IMG/VR virus record: IMGVR_UViG_3300049927_000028
Span: 1-44,323 of that record
Direction: 5' to 3' (one strand)
Source of the DNA: a virus
Length of the DNA: 44,323 bases
Shown here: positions 16,333-22,353 of the stretch, in pieces
Layout of the letters: each line of letters starts with the position of its first letter
Position numbering within the stretch: the stretch's first letter is position 1
Translations under genes and position numbers: made by a program
Notes under the pieces: generated by a model
What the model was told of the DNA's origin: nothing
Databases searched by the model: none
Seen by the model: the letters and a program-made list of their open reading frames with translations, nothing else

Positions 16333-16431
16333 TTAATGAGCTTCTTCGTCGTGGTTAATTCTTAATAAAGCATTCAGGATTATGAGAGCTACCATTCCCC
16401 AGATGAATCCAATGCAAATGAATGTATCCAT
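16333..16431 (-). CDS. Possible membrane microprotein (32 aa), not in the ORF track
   Basis: My own translation: MDTFICIGFIWGMVALIILNALLRINHDEEAH. SD AAGGAtgaata-ATG. Confidence 0.3.
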   Translation of the reverse strand: MDTFICIGFIWGMVALIILNALLRINHDEEAH

Positions 16432-16537
16432 TATTCATCCTTTACTATTTTGTATGCGATGATATGGATATATCTGGCACTATCCCACCAAAATAAATGG
16501 GCTTTCCCCATACAGATATCCCCGCCACAAATTGTTA

Positions 16538-16747
16538 TCATTGTTTGTGGCAATACGTCAACAAATCCCCCGGTTGGCATTCTAAAAACTCACACATCTT
16601 TGCCAACACATTAAACGAAACCCCTTTAACTTTCCCGTTTTTAATTAGGGATAGGTTTTGGGGTGTTATCCCGATTGCTGCTGCAAGGTCTTTTGACCTA
16701 ACTTTGCGTTTCGCTAGTTCCAGGTCTAATAGGATTATGATGGTCAT
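16538..16747 (-). CDS. XRE/Cro-type HTH transcriptional regulator (YozG-like, 69 aa)
   Basis: LELAKRKVRSKDLAAAIGITPQNLSLIKNGKVKGVSFNVLAKMCEFLECQPGDLL is a canonical Cro/C1 HTH. Confidence 0.85.
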   Translation of the reverse strand: MTIIILLDLELAKRKVRSKDLAAAIGITPQNLSLIKNGKVKGVSFNVLAKMCEFLECQPGDLLTYCHKQ

Positions 16748-16974
16748 AGGTAGCTCTCCAGTTCAGTGGCATCATAGTGATAATCTTTATAAGATGCATC
16801 TTTTTTTGCTTCATGTCCACAGATAAAAGCTATTTCCGGCCATGTTTTGGTAACATCAGGGCACAGTCTGTAAGTGAAGTGTTTACGCATTATTTTAAGT
16901 AACTTTTCTTCCCGTTCTTTTGCGATATCTGCGCGGATGTAAGTATCATGGCGAGTTGTTAGTTTTATTCGCAT
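16744..16974 (-). CDS. Hypothetical protein (76 aa) coupled to the XRE regulator
   Basis: ATG at 16974 behind GAGGGGGcgcaaa. Its stop overlaps the HTH start (ATGA). Confidence 0.55.
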   Translation of the reverse strand: MRIKLTTRHDTYIRADIAKEREEKLLKIMRKHFTYRLCPDVTKTWPEIAFICGHEAKKDASYKDYHYDATELESYL

Positions 16975-16987
16975 TTTGCGCCCCCTC

Positions 16988-17701
16988 TTAAAAACTCCAT
17001 CCAATAGTTACCATGTGTATGCCGTGCCATGGTGGTGGGTAATTCCCCGCCAAGTTCCCCGGCGTCGAAAAATATTGATACTTAACAACCATGTGGCCTT
17101 TTTGCGCTGCTACCCCCCACACACTCCCGAAACGGATTCCTGTATTTGTGGAAACATCCGTATCATAAAATGGGGAGGTGGATGACCAATCGAGATGGGT
17201 CACATGCTCATTGAAAGTTGTTCTGTGCAAAAATACTCCGCCAATTAATGATATCTTTATATCGTCCCTCGACTTCCAATACGGCTGCAATGTTATTGTC
17301 GCACCAATTTCATGCCCACTTCCGTCAAACGTGGATAGATCGTTGCATGTACCGGAACATGGATCAGGCTTAGCACCGACAAAATCCGGATCAACCCAAT
17401 GGCCGCTGGTGGTATTCGTATGATGGCTGGGAACTTTAGCATTGATGCTTGTTTGGCCTAGATACACCAACCCTTCTCTCAAATCAATTCCCCATCGGTC
17501 TTTTTCGGATTTCCATAAATTCTCTGTGATTCCGATATCCACCGCGGGGGCATTTAACTTCATTCCGTGGGGGAAAACCCCTACCCACCATAGGCCGTCA
17601 TCCAACCCCGTGTATCGTACCACCCCCAAATTCGCGTCGAAGGTAACGGCCGAAGCGGATAACGGGAGAACCAAAGCGGCTAATAAGATTCCTAGTTTCA
17701 T
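16988..17701 (-). CDS. Outer-membrane beta-barrel protein (Lom/Ail/OmpX-like class)
   Basis: Signal peptide MKLGILLAALVLPLSASA. Alternating amphipathic strands rich in G/Y/W. C-terminal beta-signal ...HMVTIGWSF ends in Phe. Confidence 0.75.
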   Translation of the reverse strand: MKLGILLAALVLPLSASAVTFDANLGVVRYTGLDDGLWWVGVFPHGMKLNAPAVDIGITENLWKSEKDRWGIDLREGLVYLGQTSINAKVPSHHTNTTSGHWVDPDFVGAKPDPCSGTCNDLSTFDGSGHEIGATITLQPYWKSRDDIKISLIGGVFLHRTTFNEHVTHLDWSSTSPFYDTDVSTNTGIRFGSVWGVAAQKGHMVVKYQYFSTPGNLAGNYPPPWHGIHMVTIGWSF

Positions 17702-17704
17702 TTC

Positions 17705-17965
17705 CTACGCCCAATCTCGGAGTTTTCGGTTTAACAAATCCGGATTAATTTTATCCGCTATCCCAATCCGGTTATCCTTAATCCCGTCCACCGCGGTGGC
17801 AAATCCGGCCGTCCATGCATCCAACCAACAAGAGTAGGTAAATTCCATACTATTATCCGCGAACGTTTCCCCCGAAATCGTCAACAACGACCCCCATATT
17901 TTGAAACATGGATGTTCTTTCCCACAATACTCAATAAAACTGGCCCGGTCTCTACTATAGGTCAT
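17705..17965 (-). CDS. Hypothetical protein (86 aa)
   Basis: Track ORF with SD GGAGGtaatt-ATG. Confidence 0.6.
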   Translation of the reverse strand: MTYSRDRASFIEYCGKEHPCFKIWGSLLTISGETFADNSMEFTYSCWLDAWTAGFATAVDGIKDNRIGIADKINPDLLNRKLRDWA

Positions 17966-18188
17966 AATTACCTCCGCTAAAACATTCCGGGGGAAGTCGA
18001 AAGAATTCTAAATTCTGTGTCCGGCTTTGCTCTTTCGCAAGCTCGATAATTGGGTGATCAGAGCGTTCTACTTCCGCTGCGTAGGAATTCACCACATCCG
18101 TATCCCTGCTGATGAAAATCCCATTCTTATGATAGCTCAGGAGAAATGCGGCTATCTCATTCTTCCCGCGTTGGTTAATCTTTCTCAT
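17955..18188 (-). CDS. Hypothetical protein (77 aa)
   Basis: ATG at 18188 (MRKINQRG) makes an ATGA overlap with the upstream stop and has AAGGAG upstream. The track start at 18281 would overlap the upstream gene by 97 nt. Confidence 0.5.
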   Translation of the reverse strand: MRKINQRGKNEIAAFLLSYHKNGIFISRDTDVVNSYAAEVERSDHPIIELAKEQSRTQNLEFFRLPPECFSGGNYDL

Positions 18189-18415
18189 TTCATATTCTCC
18201 TTGATCTGCCGGATGATTTCCCCTGTATGCGAAACCGCTAGACGTATAGTATGTATGTACTCCACCATCTGCGGTTGCCATTGCCAGTAGGACGACAACT
18301 TATTCAACCACTGGAGGATTTCGACTTCCGAATCCCCCGCTGTTTGCTTATGATTCAGAATCTTCATAAGGGATTCTTTTATCCCCTCTAACCTAATCGG
18401 AGTTAAGTCGCTCAT
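18185..18415 (-). CDS. Hypothetical protein (76 aa)
   Basis: Track ORF with an ATGA overlap with the upstream stop. Confidence 0.55.
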   Translation of the reverse strand: MSDLTPIRLEGIKESLMKILNHKQTAGDSEVEILQWLNKLSSYWQWQPQMVEYIHTIRLAVSHTGEIIRQIKENMK

Positions 18416-18696
18416 GACGTCATCCCCCCGGTTGATTTTCGATTCGCGATTAGCAAATTAAGAAGCTCGTGTAGGACTTCCTCTTTCCCAAACGGGGCTT
18501 GGTAGATTAAGTTTGATTTCCCATCCCCGCTTGTGACCCGCACTAGCGTCAATCCCTTATCCCCGTATTTCAGGTAATAATGCCCCACCTGTTCTTTGTG
18601 CCCCTTTTCGGCCGCCATGAATCTCTCCGTTGGCATCCCTGACAATCGGTTCACTTCATGGACTTGGGCTTCTAGCACCGACATTAAGCCTCTCAT
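18412..18696 (-). CDS. Hypothetical protein (94 aa)
   Basis: Track ORF lying 1 nt after the upstream stop. Confidence 0.6.
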   Translation of the reverse strand: MRGLMSVLEAQVHEVNRLSGMPTERFMAAEKGHKEQVGHYYLKYGDKGLTLVRVTSGDGKSNLIYQAPFGKEEVLHELLNLLIANRKSTGGMTS

Positions 18697-18697
18697 T

Positions 18698-18889
18698 TCA
18701 TTCCCCCGGAAAATTAATCAACACGTCCCTTATTTCCGCTAATTGATCTTCCGTAATACTTAGCCAATTAGTTACTTTCCCGTCTGCCGATCTAATTTGC
18801 AACGCGCATCCTCGGGAGACTTCTTTCTTCAACCTATCAATTTGCCCTTGGATATATAACGATTGTATTTGGTTGTCATTGGTATTCAT
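18698..18889 (-). CDS. Hypothetical protein (63 aa)
   Basis: Track ORF with an ATGA overlap with the upstream stop. Confidence 0.55.
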   Translation of the reverse strand: MNTNDNQIQSLYIQGQIDRLKKEVSRGCALQIRSADGKVTNWLSITEDQLAEIRDVLINFPGE

Positions 18890-19068
18890 TTTTCTTGTTC
18901 CTTATGATTTGGGTAATTATTATCTTTAAATATAATATAAGATTCCTCATAAGCTATCGGGTCGACTAGTTTAAATGCTTCACTCACATCGTACTGAAAT
19001 CCGCAAATAACCACCGACCCCCAACATTCATCTAGGTATTCGTCGAAAACAATATAATTATTCCCCAT
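18886..19068 (-). CDS. Hypothetical protein (60 aa)
   Basis: Track ORF with SD TAGGAGaatgaa-ATG. Confidence 0.55.
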   Translation of the reverse strand: MGNNYIVFDEYLDECWGSVVICGFQYDVSEAFKLVDPIAYEESYIIFKDNNYPNHKEQEK

Positions 19069-19077
19069 TTCATTCTC

Positions 19078-19251
19078 CTAATGTTTTGTCGCCGCGTCAC
19101 TTAAGCCTAATAGAGCTTCTTGGTATTCCACTTCGGGGGTTAATGTCTTCCCATACCCCAACGTGTCGCTTACAAACCTTATCTTCGCCTCTGCGAGCGC
19201 GGCTACGTAAGCTTCCTGTATCTCTTCCATTGTTGGATTCTTCGTTTTCAT
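19078..19251 (-). CDS. Hypothetical protein (57 aa), not in the ORF track
   Basis: My own translation: MKTKNPTMEEIQEAYVAALAEAKIRFVSDTLGYGKTLTPEVEYQEALLGLSDAATKH. SD AGGAGaacgtt-ATG. Confidence 0.55.
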   Translation of the reverse strand: MKTKNPTMEEIQEAYVAALAEAKIRFVSDTLGYGKTLTPEVEYQEALLGLSDAATKH

Positions 19252-19260
19252 AACGTTCTC

Positions 19261-19425
19261 CTATTGACCTTCCGATTTCCCCAGAACCAATATCAATGTA
19301 GTTTTTTCTGCTTCCCGTATAAAATCCTCCGCCATCCGTCCAATAATCTCCAAGCGTTCTTTGTATTCTTTAAGCTCCACACTCAGAGATTCATATTGGG
19401 TGTTTGGGTTAAGTAAATTATCGAT
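19261..19425 (-). CDS. Possible ORF without a canonical start (54-57 codons; ATC initiation, or readthrough of the upstream TAG)
   Basis: Only frame 0 is open: ENIIDNLLNPNTQYESLSVELKEYKERLEIIGRMAEDFIREAEKTTLILVLGKSEGQ*. A strong AGGAG lies at 19436-19432. In-frame ATC codons sit at 19428 and 19425. Confidence 0.3.
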   Translation of the reverse strand: MDNLLNPNTQYESLSVELKEYKERLEIIGRMAEDFIREAEKTTLILVLGKSEGQ

Positions 19426-19434
19426 GATATTCTC

Positions 19435-19602
19435 CTATGCTTGAGCTTGATACCACTGTTCGATGACTTCGATAGCCTTCACAATATCCTTATCATCCCG
19501 ATACATTTGTTTATGGTATTGTAGTCTGGTGAGGATACTTTCCACTTCATCACCCTGTTCTTTCTCGAAAGCTTCCCGTATCCATTTGATTGTATTTAAC
19601 AT
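19435..19602 (-). CDS. Hypothetical protein (55 aa)
   Basis: ATG at 19602 (MLNTIKWIREAF) behind AGGAGaatctatc. The track ORF extends to 19686 without an SD. Confidence 0.5.
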   Translation of the reverse strand: MLNTIKWIREAFEKEQGDEVESILTRLQYHKQMYRDDKDIVKAIEVIEQWYQAQA

Positions 19603-19658
19603 GATAGATTCTCCTAAAGACCCAACGAATGAAGTAATCGTAATAGACTTATATAAAC

Positions 19659-19760
19659 CTAATAACCTACAAAACCGTAATAACATACCTTAATTAAGAC
19701 TATTATCCAAGCTGCCATCGCGGCGCTGAATACTACTTTTTTTATCCTTTCGATGGTCAT
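19659..19760 (-). CDS. Membrane microprotein (33 aa), not in the ORF track
   Basis: My own translation: MTIERIKKVVFSAAMAAWIIVLIKVCYYGFVGY. SD AAGGGGAacgaa-ATG. Confidence 0.35.
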   Translation of the reverse strand: MTIERIKKVVFSAAMAAWIIVLIKVCYYGFVGY

Positions 19761-19770
19761 TTCGTTCCCC

Positions 19771-19896
19771 TTACCAATTTATCCCTGCGGTTGCAGAATT
19801 CGCATAAACAAGCCAGATGGCTATAAGATACCCAATGATTTCTAATGTTTTTTGGTATACATTCCATAATATTGATTTGATTTTATCTGAGTTCAT
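19771..19896 (-). CDS. Membrane microprotein (41 aa), not in the ORF track
   Basis: My own translation: MNSDKIKSILWNVYQKTLEIIGYLIAIWLVYANSATAGINW. SD AGGAGaagaaa-ATG. It is the first gene after a strong promoter. Confidence 0.45.
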   Translation of the reverse strand: MNSDKIKSILWNVYQKTLEIIGYLIAIWLVYANSATAGINW

Positions 19897-19928
19897 TTTC
19901 TTCTCCTGTTTAGTCATTCCATACACGT

Positions 19929-19957
19929 ATAATAGTTCCGCGCGCACGGAATGTCAA
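19929..19957 (-). promoter_or_regulatory. Strong sigma70-type promoter TTGACA-17nt-TATTAT with a GC-rich palindrome in the spacer
   Basis: Minus strand: TTGACA (19957-19952), spacer TTCCGTGCGCGCGGAAC, TATTAT (19934-19929). The spacer holds a 14/16 palindrome TTCCGTGCGCGCGGAA (19951-19936). Confidence 0.55.
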
Positions 19958-20004
19958 GGATTATTTTAATTTATTTCTGGTGATTTGTTTTAATAGCGCA
20001 TTTC

Positions 20005-20151
20005 TTATTCCCCTCTACCCCTGTTTCCCCCCCCCTCCATTAATATATTAAATACATCACCCCAATTTTCCGGTAGTATTGTTACCCCATCCTTATCCAT
20101 CCCTACTATGTCGTCACCTATAAATTCTATATTGTATGTTTCCTTTGTCAT
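20005..20151 (-). CDS. Hypothetical protein (48 aa) containing a G9 homopolymer, not in the ORF track
   Basis: My own translation: MTKETYNIEFIGDDIVGMDKDGVTILPENWGDVFNILMEGGGNRGRGE. SD AAGGAaaatatc-ATG. The C9 run on the plus strand is at 20027-20035. Confidence 0.4.
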   Translation of the reverse strand: MTKETYNIEFIGDDIVGMDKDGVTILPENWGDVFNILMEGGGNRGRGE

Positions 20152-20163
20152 GATATTTTCCTT

Positions 20164-20319
20164 TTATTTAAAAAATCTATCGTATAAATACACTATATGC
20201 CATTTCCATTCATGCTCCGCCATATCTTCCTTGATAGGCAATTCATTTTTCCTGTACTGGGTCACATGCATAGAGGTTGCTTCCCCATCCTCTATCACTA
20301 ATATATACACTTCCTTCAT
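20164..20319 (-). CDS. Hypothetical protein (51 aa), not in the ORF track
   Basis: My own translation: MKEVYILVIEDGEATSMHVTQYRKNELPIKEDMAEHEWKWHIVYLYDRFFK. ATGA overlap with the HTH gene stop and GAGGGGG upstream. Confidence 0.5.
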   Translation of the reverse strand: MKEVYILVIEDGEATSMHVTQYRKNELPIKEDMAEHEWKWHIVYLYDRFFK

Positions 20320-20621
20320 ACATCCCCCTCTCCCATCGGATTTTTTTCCGGTCTGCTTGCATCAGCCTTCTGCCTCTTCGCCTCTTCCTGTTCCCTAAGG
20401 AGTCGCATACCCGCTTCTTTAATTGCCTCGCTTGTCCCCATCGCATTACTATGCGTCACTTGTGTCCATGTATCCCCTCTCAGTATCCTTCGCACTGTCT
20501 CCGTGCTCACCTTAAAGAAGTACGCTATATCCCTCGCCCGCTCCCCCCTCCTCGCCGCCACCCATATCTTCCCCACATCTTCCCCGCTCAACTTCGCATT
20601 TGGTTTCTTTTCGTATGCCAT
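20316..20621 (-). CDS. HTH DNA-binding protein (101 aa), first gene of the leftward unit
   Basis: ATG at 20621 behind GGGGAaatgaa. LSGEDVGKIWVAARRGERARDIAYFFKVSTETVRRILRGDTW is a classic three-helix HTH. Confidence 0.65.
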   Translation of the reverse strand: MAYEKKPNAKLSGEDVGKIWVAARRGERARDIAYFFKVSTETVRRILRGDTWTQVTHSNAMGTSEAIKEAGMRLLREQEEAKRQKADASRPEKNPMGEGDV

Positions 20622-20660
20622 TTCATTTCCCCTATTTCCCCAGCTCTTTGCTGTACTTTC

Positions 20661-20689
20661 ATTATAACACAACACTTCACCCCTCCAAC
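20661..20689 (-). promoter_or_regulatory. Candidate early leftward promoter with an extended -10 (TGtTATAAT)
   Basis: Minus strand: TATAAT (20666-20661) preceded by TGT (20669-20667). Weak -35 GTTGGA (20689-20684). About 40 nt upstream of the ATG at 20621. Confidence 0.45.
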
Positions 20690-20817
20690 AACAACAACAG
20701 TACATATATTAATATTTCTTCGAGTCTAAATGTTGTTAAGAATTAAAAAAAAATATATTAATAAATAACAACACATTCTAATAAGCTCAACAATATATCT
20801 ATAGTGGTTGTTGTTGG
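20685..20817. repeat. Four CAACAA/TTGTTG blocks in alternating orientation around an AT-rich core (operator-like array)
   Basis: ccaacaacaacaacag 20685-20700, tgttgtt 20731-20737, aacaaca 20767-20773 and tggttgttgttgg 20805-20817. The outer blocks form an 11-bp perfect inverted repeat (20685-20695 / 20807-20817). Confidence 0.7.
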
Positions 20818-20880
20818 TGCTGCTAACTGTCAGAGACACAATATCCGGTGAGCGGGGGAAATGTTACGGGATTGCCGACT

Positions 20881-21203
20881 TGCCGCTCCGAAGCTCCCGA
20901 AGCCTCCGAGACCCCCACAATCCCTCCATTCCAACCCTACCTACCCTACCCCCCGCTTCATTTAAATCGAATAGCGGGCGTTTAAACGAGCCTCATTATT
21001 GTTCTTCTGATATGTTTATTGTTACTCTACCATCTTCTGTTGCCAACCTACCATCTTCTGGGCCCCCTTTTAACTACCCCAACGAAACCCAAATAGATCT
21101 TCTGCCCCTTCACTTCTACCCCCGCCTGCGTCGACTGCCCCGAAGCCTCCCGTCCCCCGCTGCCCACTTCTTCCGCTTCCGATCCCCCCTACCCGCCTCC
21201 TGA
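20881..21203. other. Strand-asymmetric C-rich/G-poor non-coding block with short repeats, immediately upstream of the terS-like gene (candidate pac/cos, origin or leader element)
   Basis: cccgaagcctcc at 20897 and 21140. ctaccatcttctg at 21027 and 21048 (21-bp period). TCTTCTG x4 at 21003, 21033, 21054 and 21098. CTACC x8. ATTTAAAT (20960) and GTTTAAAC (20980) lie 20 bp apart. Confidence 0.6.
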
Positions 21204-21286
21204 ACATAGGTGCCGGGGGAGCAAAAAGAAATTCTTGTATTATTATTTAGCCCACCGAACTATTTTTTTGTGAAAATTTAGATGAC

Positions 21287-21333
21287 TTGCCAGAATGACA
21301 AGTGTAGGCAGTAGAATAATACTAGTGTAGAAT
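21287..21333 (+). promoter_or_regulatory. Candidate rightward (late) promoter region
   Basis: TTGCCA (21287)-19nt-TAGAAT (21312), and TAGGCA (21305)-17nt-TAGAAT (21328). The second would start transcription at about the ATG at 21340. Neither is a strong match. Confidence 0.3.
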
Positions 21334-21339
21334 GGCGGG

Positions 21340-21927
21340 ATGGAAAATGAGAATGAAGAGAAGAAATTTGATCCCGAAGGGGTGGCGGAAAGAGTCACGG
21401 AGAATTACTCTGTCTCCCGGCCTCAAATTGACAAGGTGAGGTATACCCATAATGCTATGGTGGATTTGCTCATAACGAATCCGGGAATAAGCCAAGATCG
21501 GATTGCGCAGTATTTTGGGTATTCCCCAAGTTGGGTTTGTACGATCCTTGCGAGTGACGCGTTTCAGGTGCAGTTGGCGAGGCGCAGGCATGAATTGATC
21601 GATCCGAGTATTGCTGCAACGATCGAAGAAAGATTCAAGGCGCTAGCCGAAACAAGCGTGAATAAATTGATCGAACATATTAATCGCCCGATGGTGAATG
21701 TGGACCCAGAGATATTAATTAAAGCCGCGGCCCTCGGGGCGAAGGCACTAGGAATCGGCGGGAATGCTGCCGCAAAAACAGTAGTGATTAGTTCAGACGA
21801 AAGATTACAAGCTCTCAGCGGAAGGCTCACTGGGTTGTTAAGGAAACAAAACGAGGAGATTATAAATGTCGAAGTCAAAGAAATCAACCGGGGCGAAGCT
21901 GGGAGTAGCTCAGAAGAAAGCAGTTAG
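21340..21927 (+). CDS. terS: Putative terminase small subunit / DNA-binding packaging protein
   Basis: First gene of the late unit. HTH ISQDRIAQYFGYSPSWVCTIL followed by helical segments. Upstream of terL, though two ORFs intervene. Confidence 0.5.
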   Translation: MENENEEKKFDPEGVAERVTENYSVSRPQIDKVRYTHNAMVDLLITNPGISQDRIAQYFGYSPSWVCTILASDAFQVQLARRRHELIDPSIAATIEERFKALAETSVNKLIEHINRPMVNVDPEILIKAAALGAKALGIGGNAAAKTVVISSDERLQALSGRLTGLLRKQNEEIINVEVKEINRGEAGSSSEESS

Positions 21928-22038
21928 CGGGAGTTTTCAGGACCGGAACCTTATGGGCACAAGTCCCCTGAAAGAACAATTCGAACCAACCGATGCTTGC
22001 CCGATTAGGCAACGTAACAAAATGGCTGGAGGATCTTA

Positions 22039-22353
22039 ATGCCTAAGGTAGTTCTGCCAACTAAAGAATCCGGCGAGCTGATTATATTGACGTTTGATTT
22101 CTCCTCCTATCTCCAAGGCGGGGAAGTTCTCACGACAACTACAGTAGTTAGTAATTTATATAGTGGCGTGGATTCTGATCCGGGGGCGGTAACTCGGGGA
22201 TATACCCCAACCATCACGGGGAATGTCGTTACTTGTGGATGCGGGGGAGGTGTCTCGGGGGCAATATATCAAATCTCTTGCACCGCTTATAGCGGAAGTA
22301 CCGGTATCCATGACCTCTCCGGCTACCTCGCCGTGGTCCCTACATTAATATGA
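22039..22353 (+). CDS. Hypothetical beta-sandwich (Ig-like) protein (104 aa)
   Basis: SD GGAGGAtctta-ATG. ILTFDFSSYLQGGEVL...VSGAIYQISCTAYSGSTG... has an all-beta pattern. Confidence 0.6.
   Translation: MPKVVLPTKESGELIILTFDFSSYLQGGEVLTTTTVVSNLYSGVDSDPGAVTRGYTPTITGNVVTCGCGGGVSGAIYQISCTAYSGSTGIHDLSGYLAVVPTLI

Noticed and set aside
16432-16537. Small hairpin (ATGGG-gaaag-CCCAT followed by TTATTTT on the minus strand) after the XRE gene as a terminator
   Set aside because: A 5-bp stem and a weak T tract are not enough to call a terminator. It is only noted as a possible boundary of the OMP/XRE cassette.
19435-19437. Genome-wide TAG reassignment (stop-codon recoding), suggested by the in-frame TAG followed by an open frame
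   Set aside because: TAG ends several well-supported genes at sensible positions with the next gene's SD or start right after. Examples are the holin at 3609-3611, and 9363, 17955 and 39060-39062. A global recoding is therefore not supported. Only local readthrough remains as a low-probability option.
20108-20729. Plus-strand ORFs 20108..20398 (96 aa) and 20277..20729 (150 aa)
   Set aside because: They are Pro/Ser/Cys/Leu-rich shadows opposite minus-strand genes that have SD sites, ATGA coupling and a recognisable HTH domain (20316..20621).
20960-20987. Adjacent rare-cutter sites ATTTAAAT (SwaI) and GTTTAAAC (PmeI) as a sign of an engineered construct
   Set aside because: No vector-like sequence, marker gene or scar surrounds them. 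They sit in a naturally repeat-rich AT core, and the shared TTTAAA at a 20-bp spacing looks more like a protein-binding repeat.
20808-21203. 131-aa plus-strand ORF covering the C-rich block
   Set aside because: It has a non-ATG start with no SD. The sequence is Pro/Ser/Leu/Arg-rich and low-complexity, as expected when a C/T-rich strand is translated. It contains the DNA-level repeats. I treat the region as non-coding, but peptide evidence would overturn this.
21953-22039. 28-codon ORF (MGTSPLKEQFEPTDACPIRQRNKMAGGS) in the gap after the terS-like gene, ending in TAATG with the next gene
   Set aside because: It has no SD, is very short and has no distinctive composition. The TAATG junction alone is not enough.
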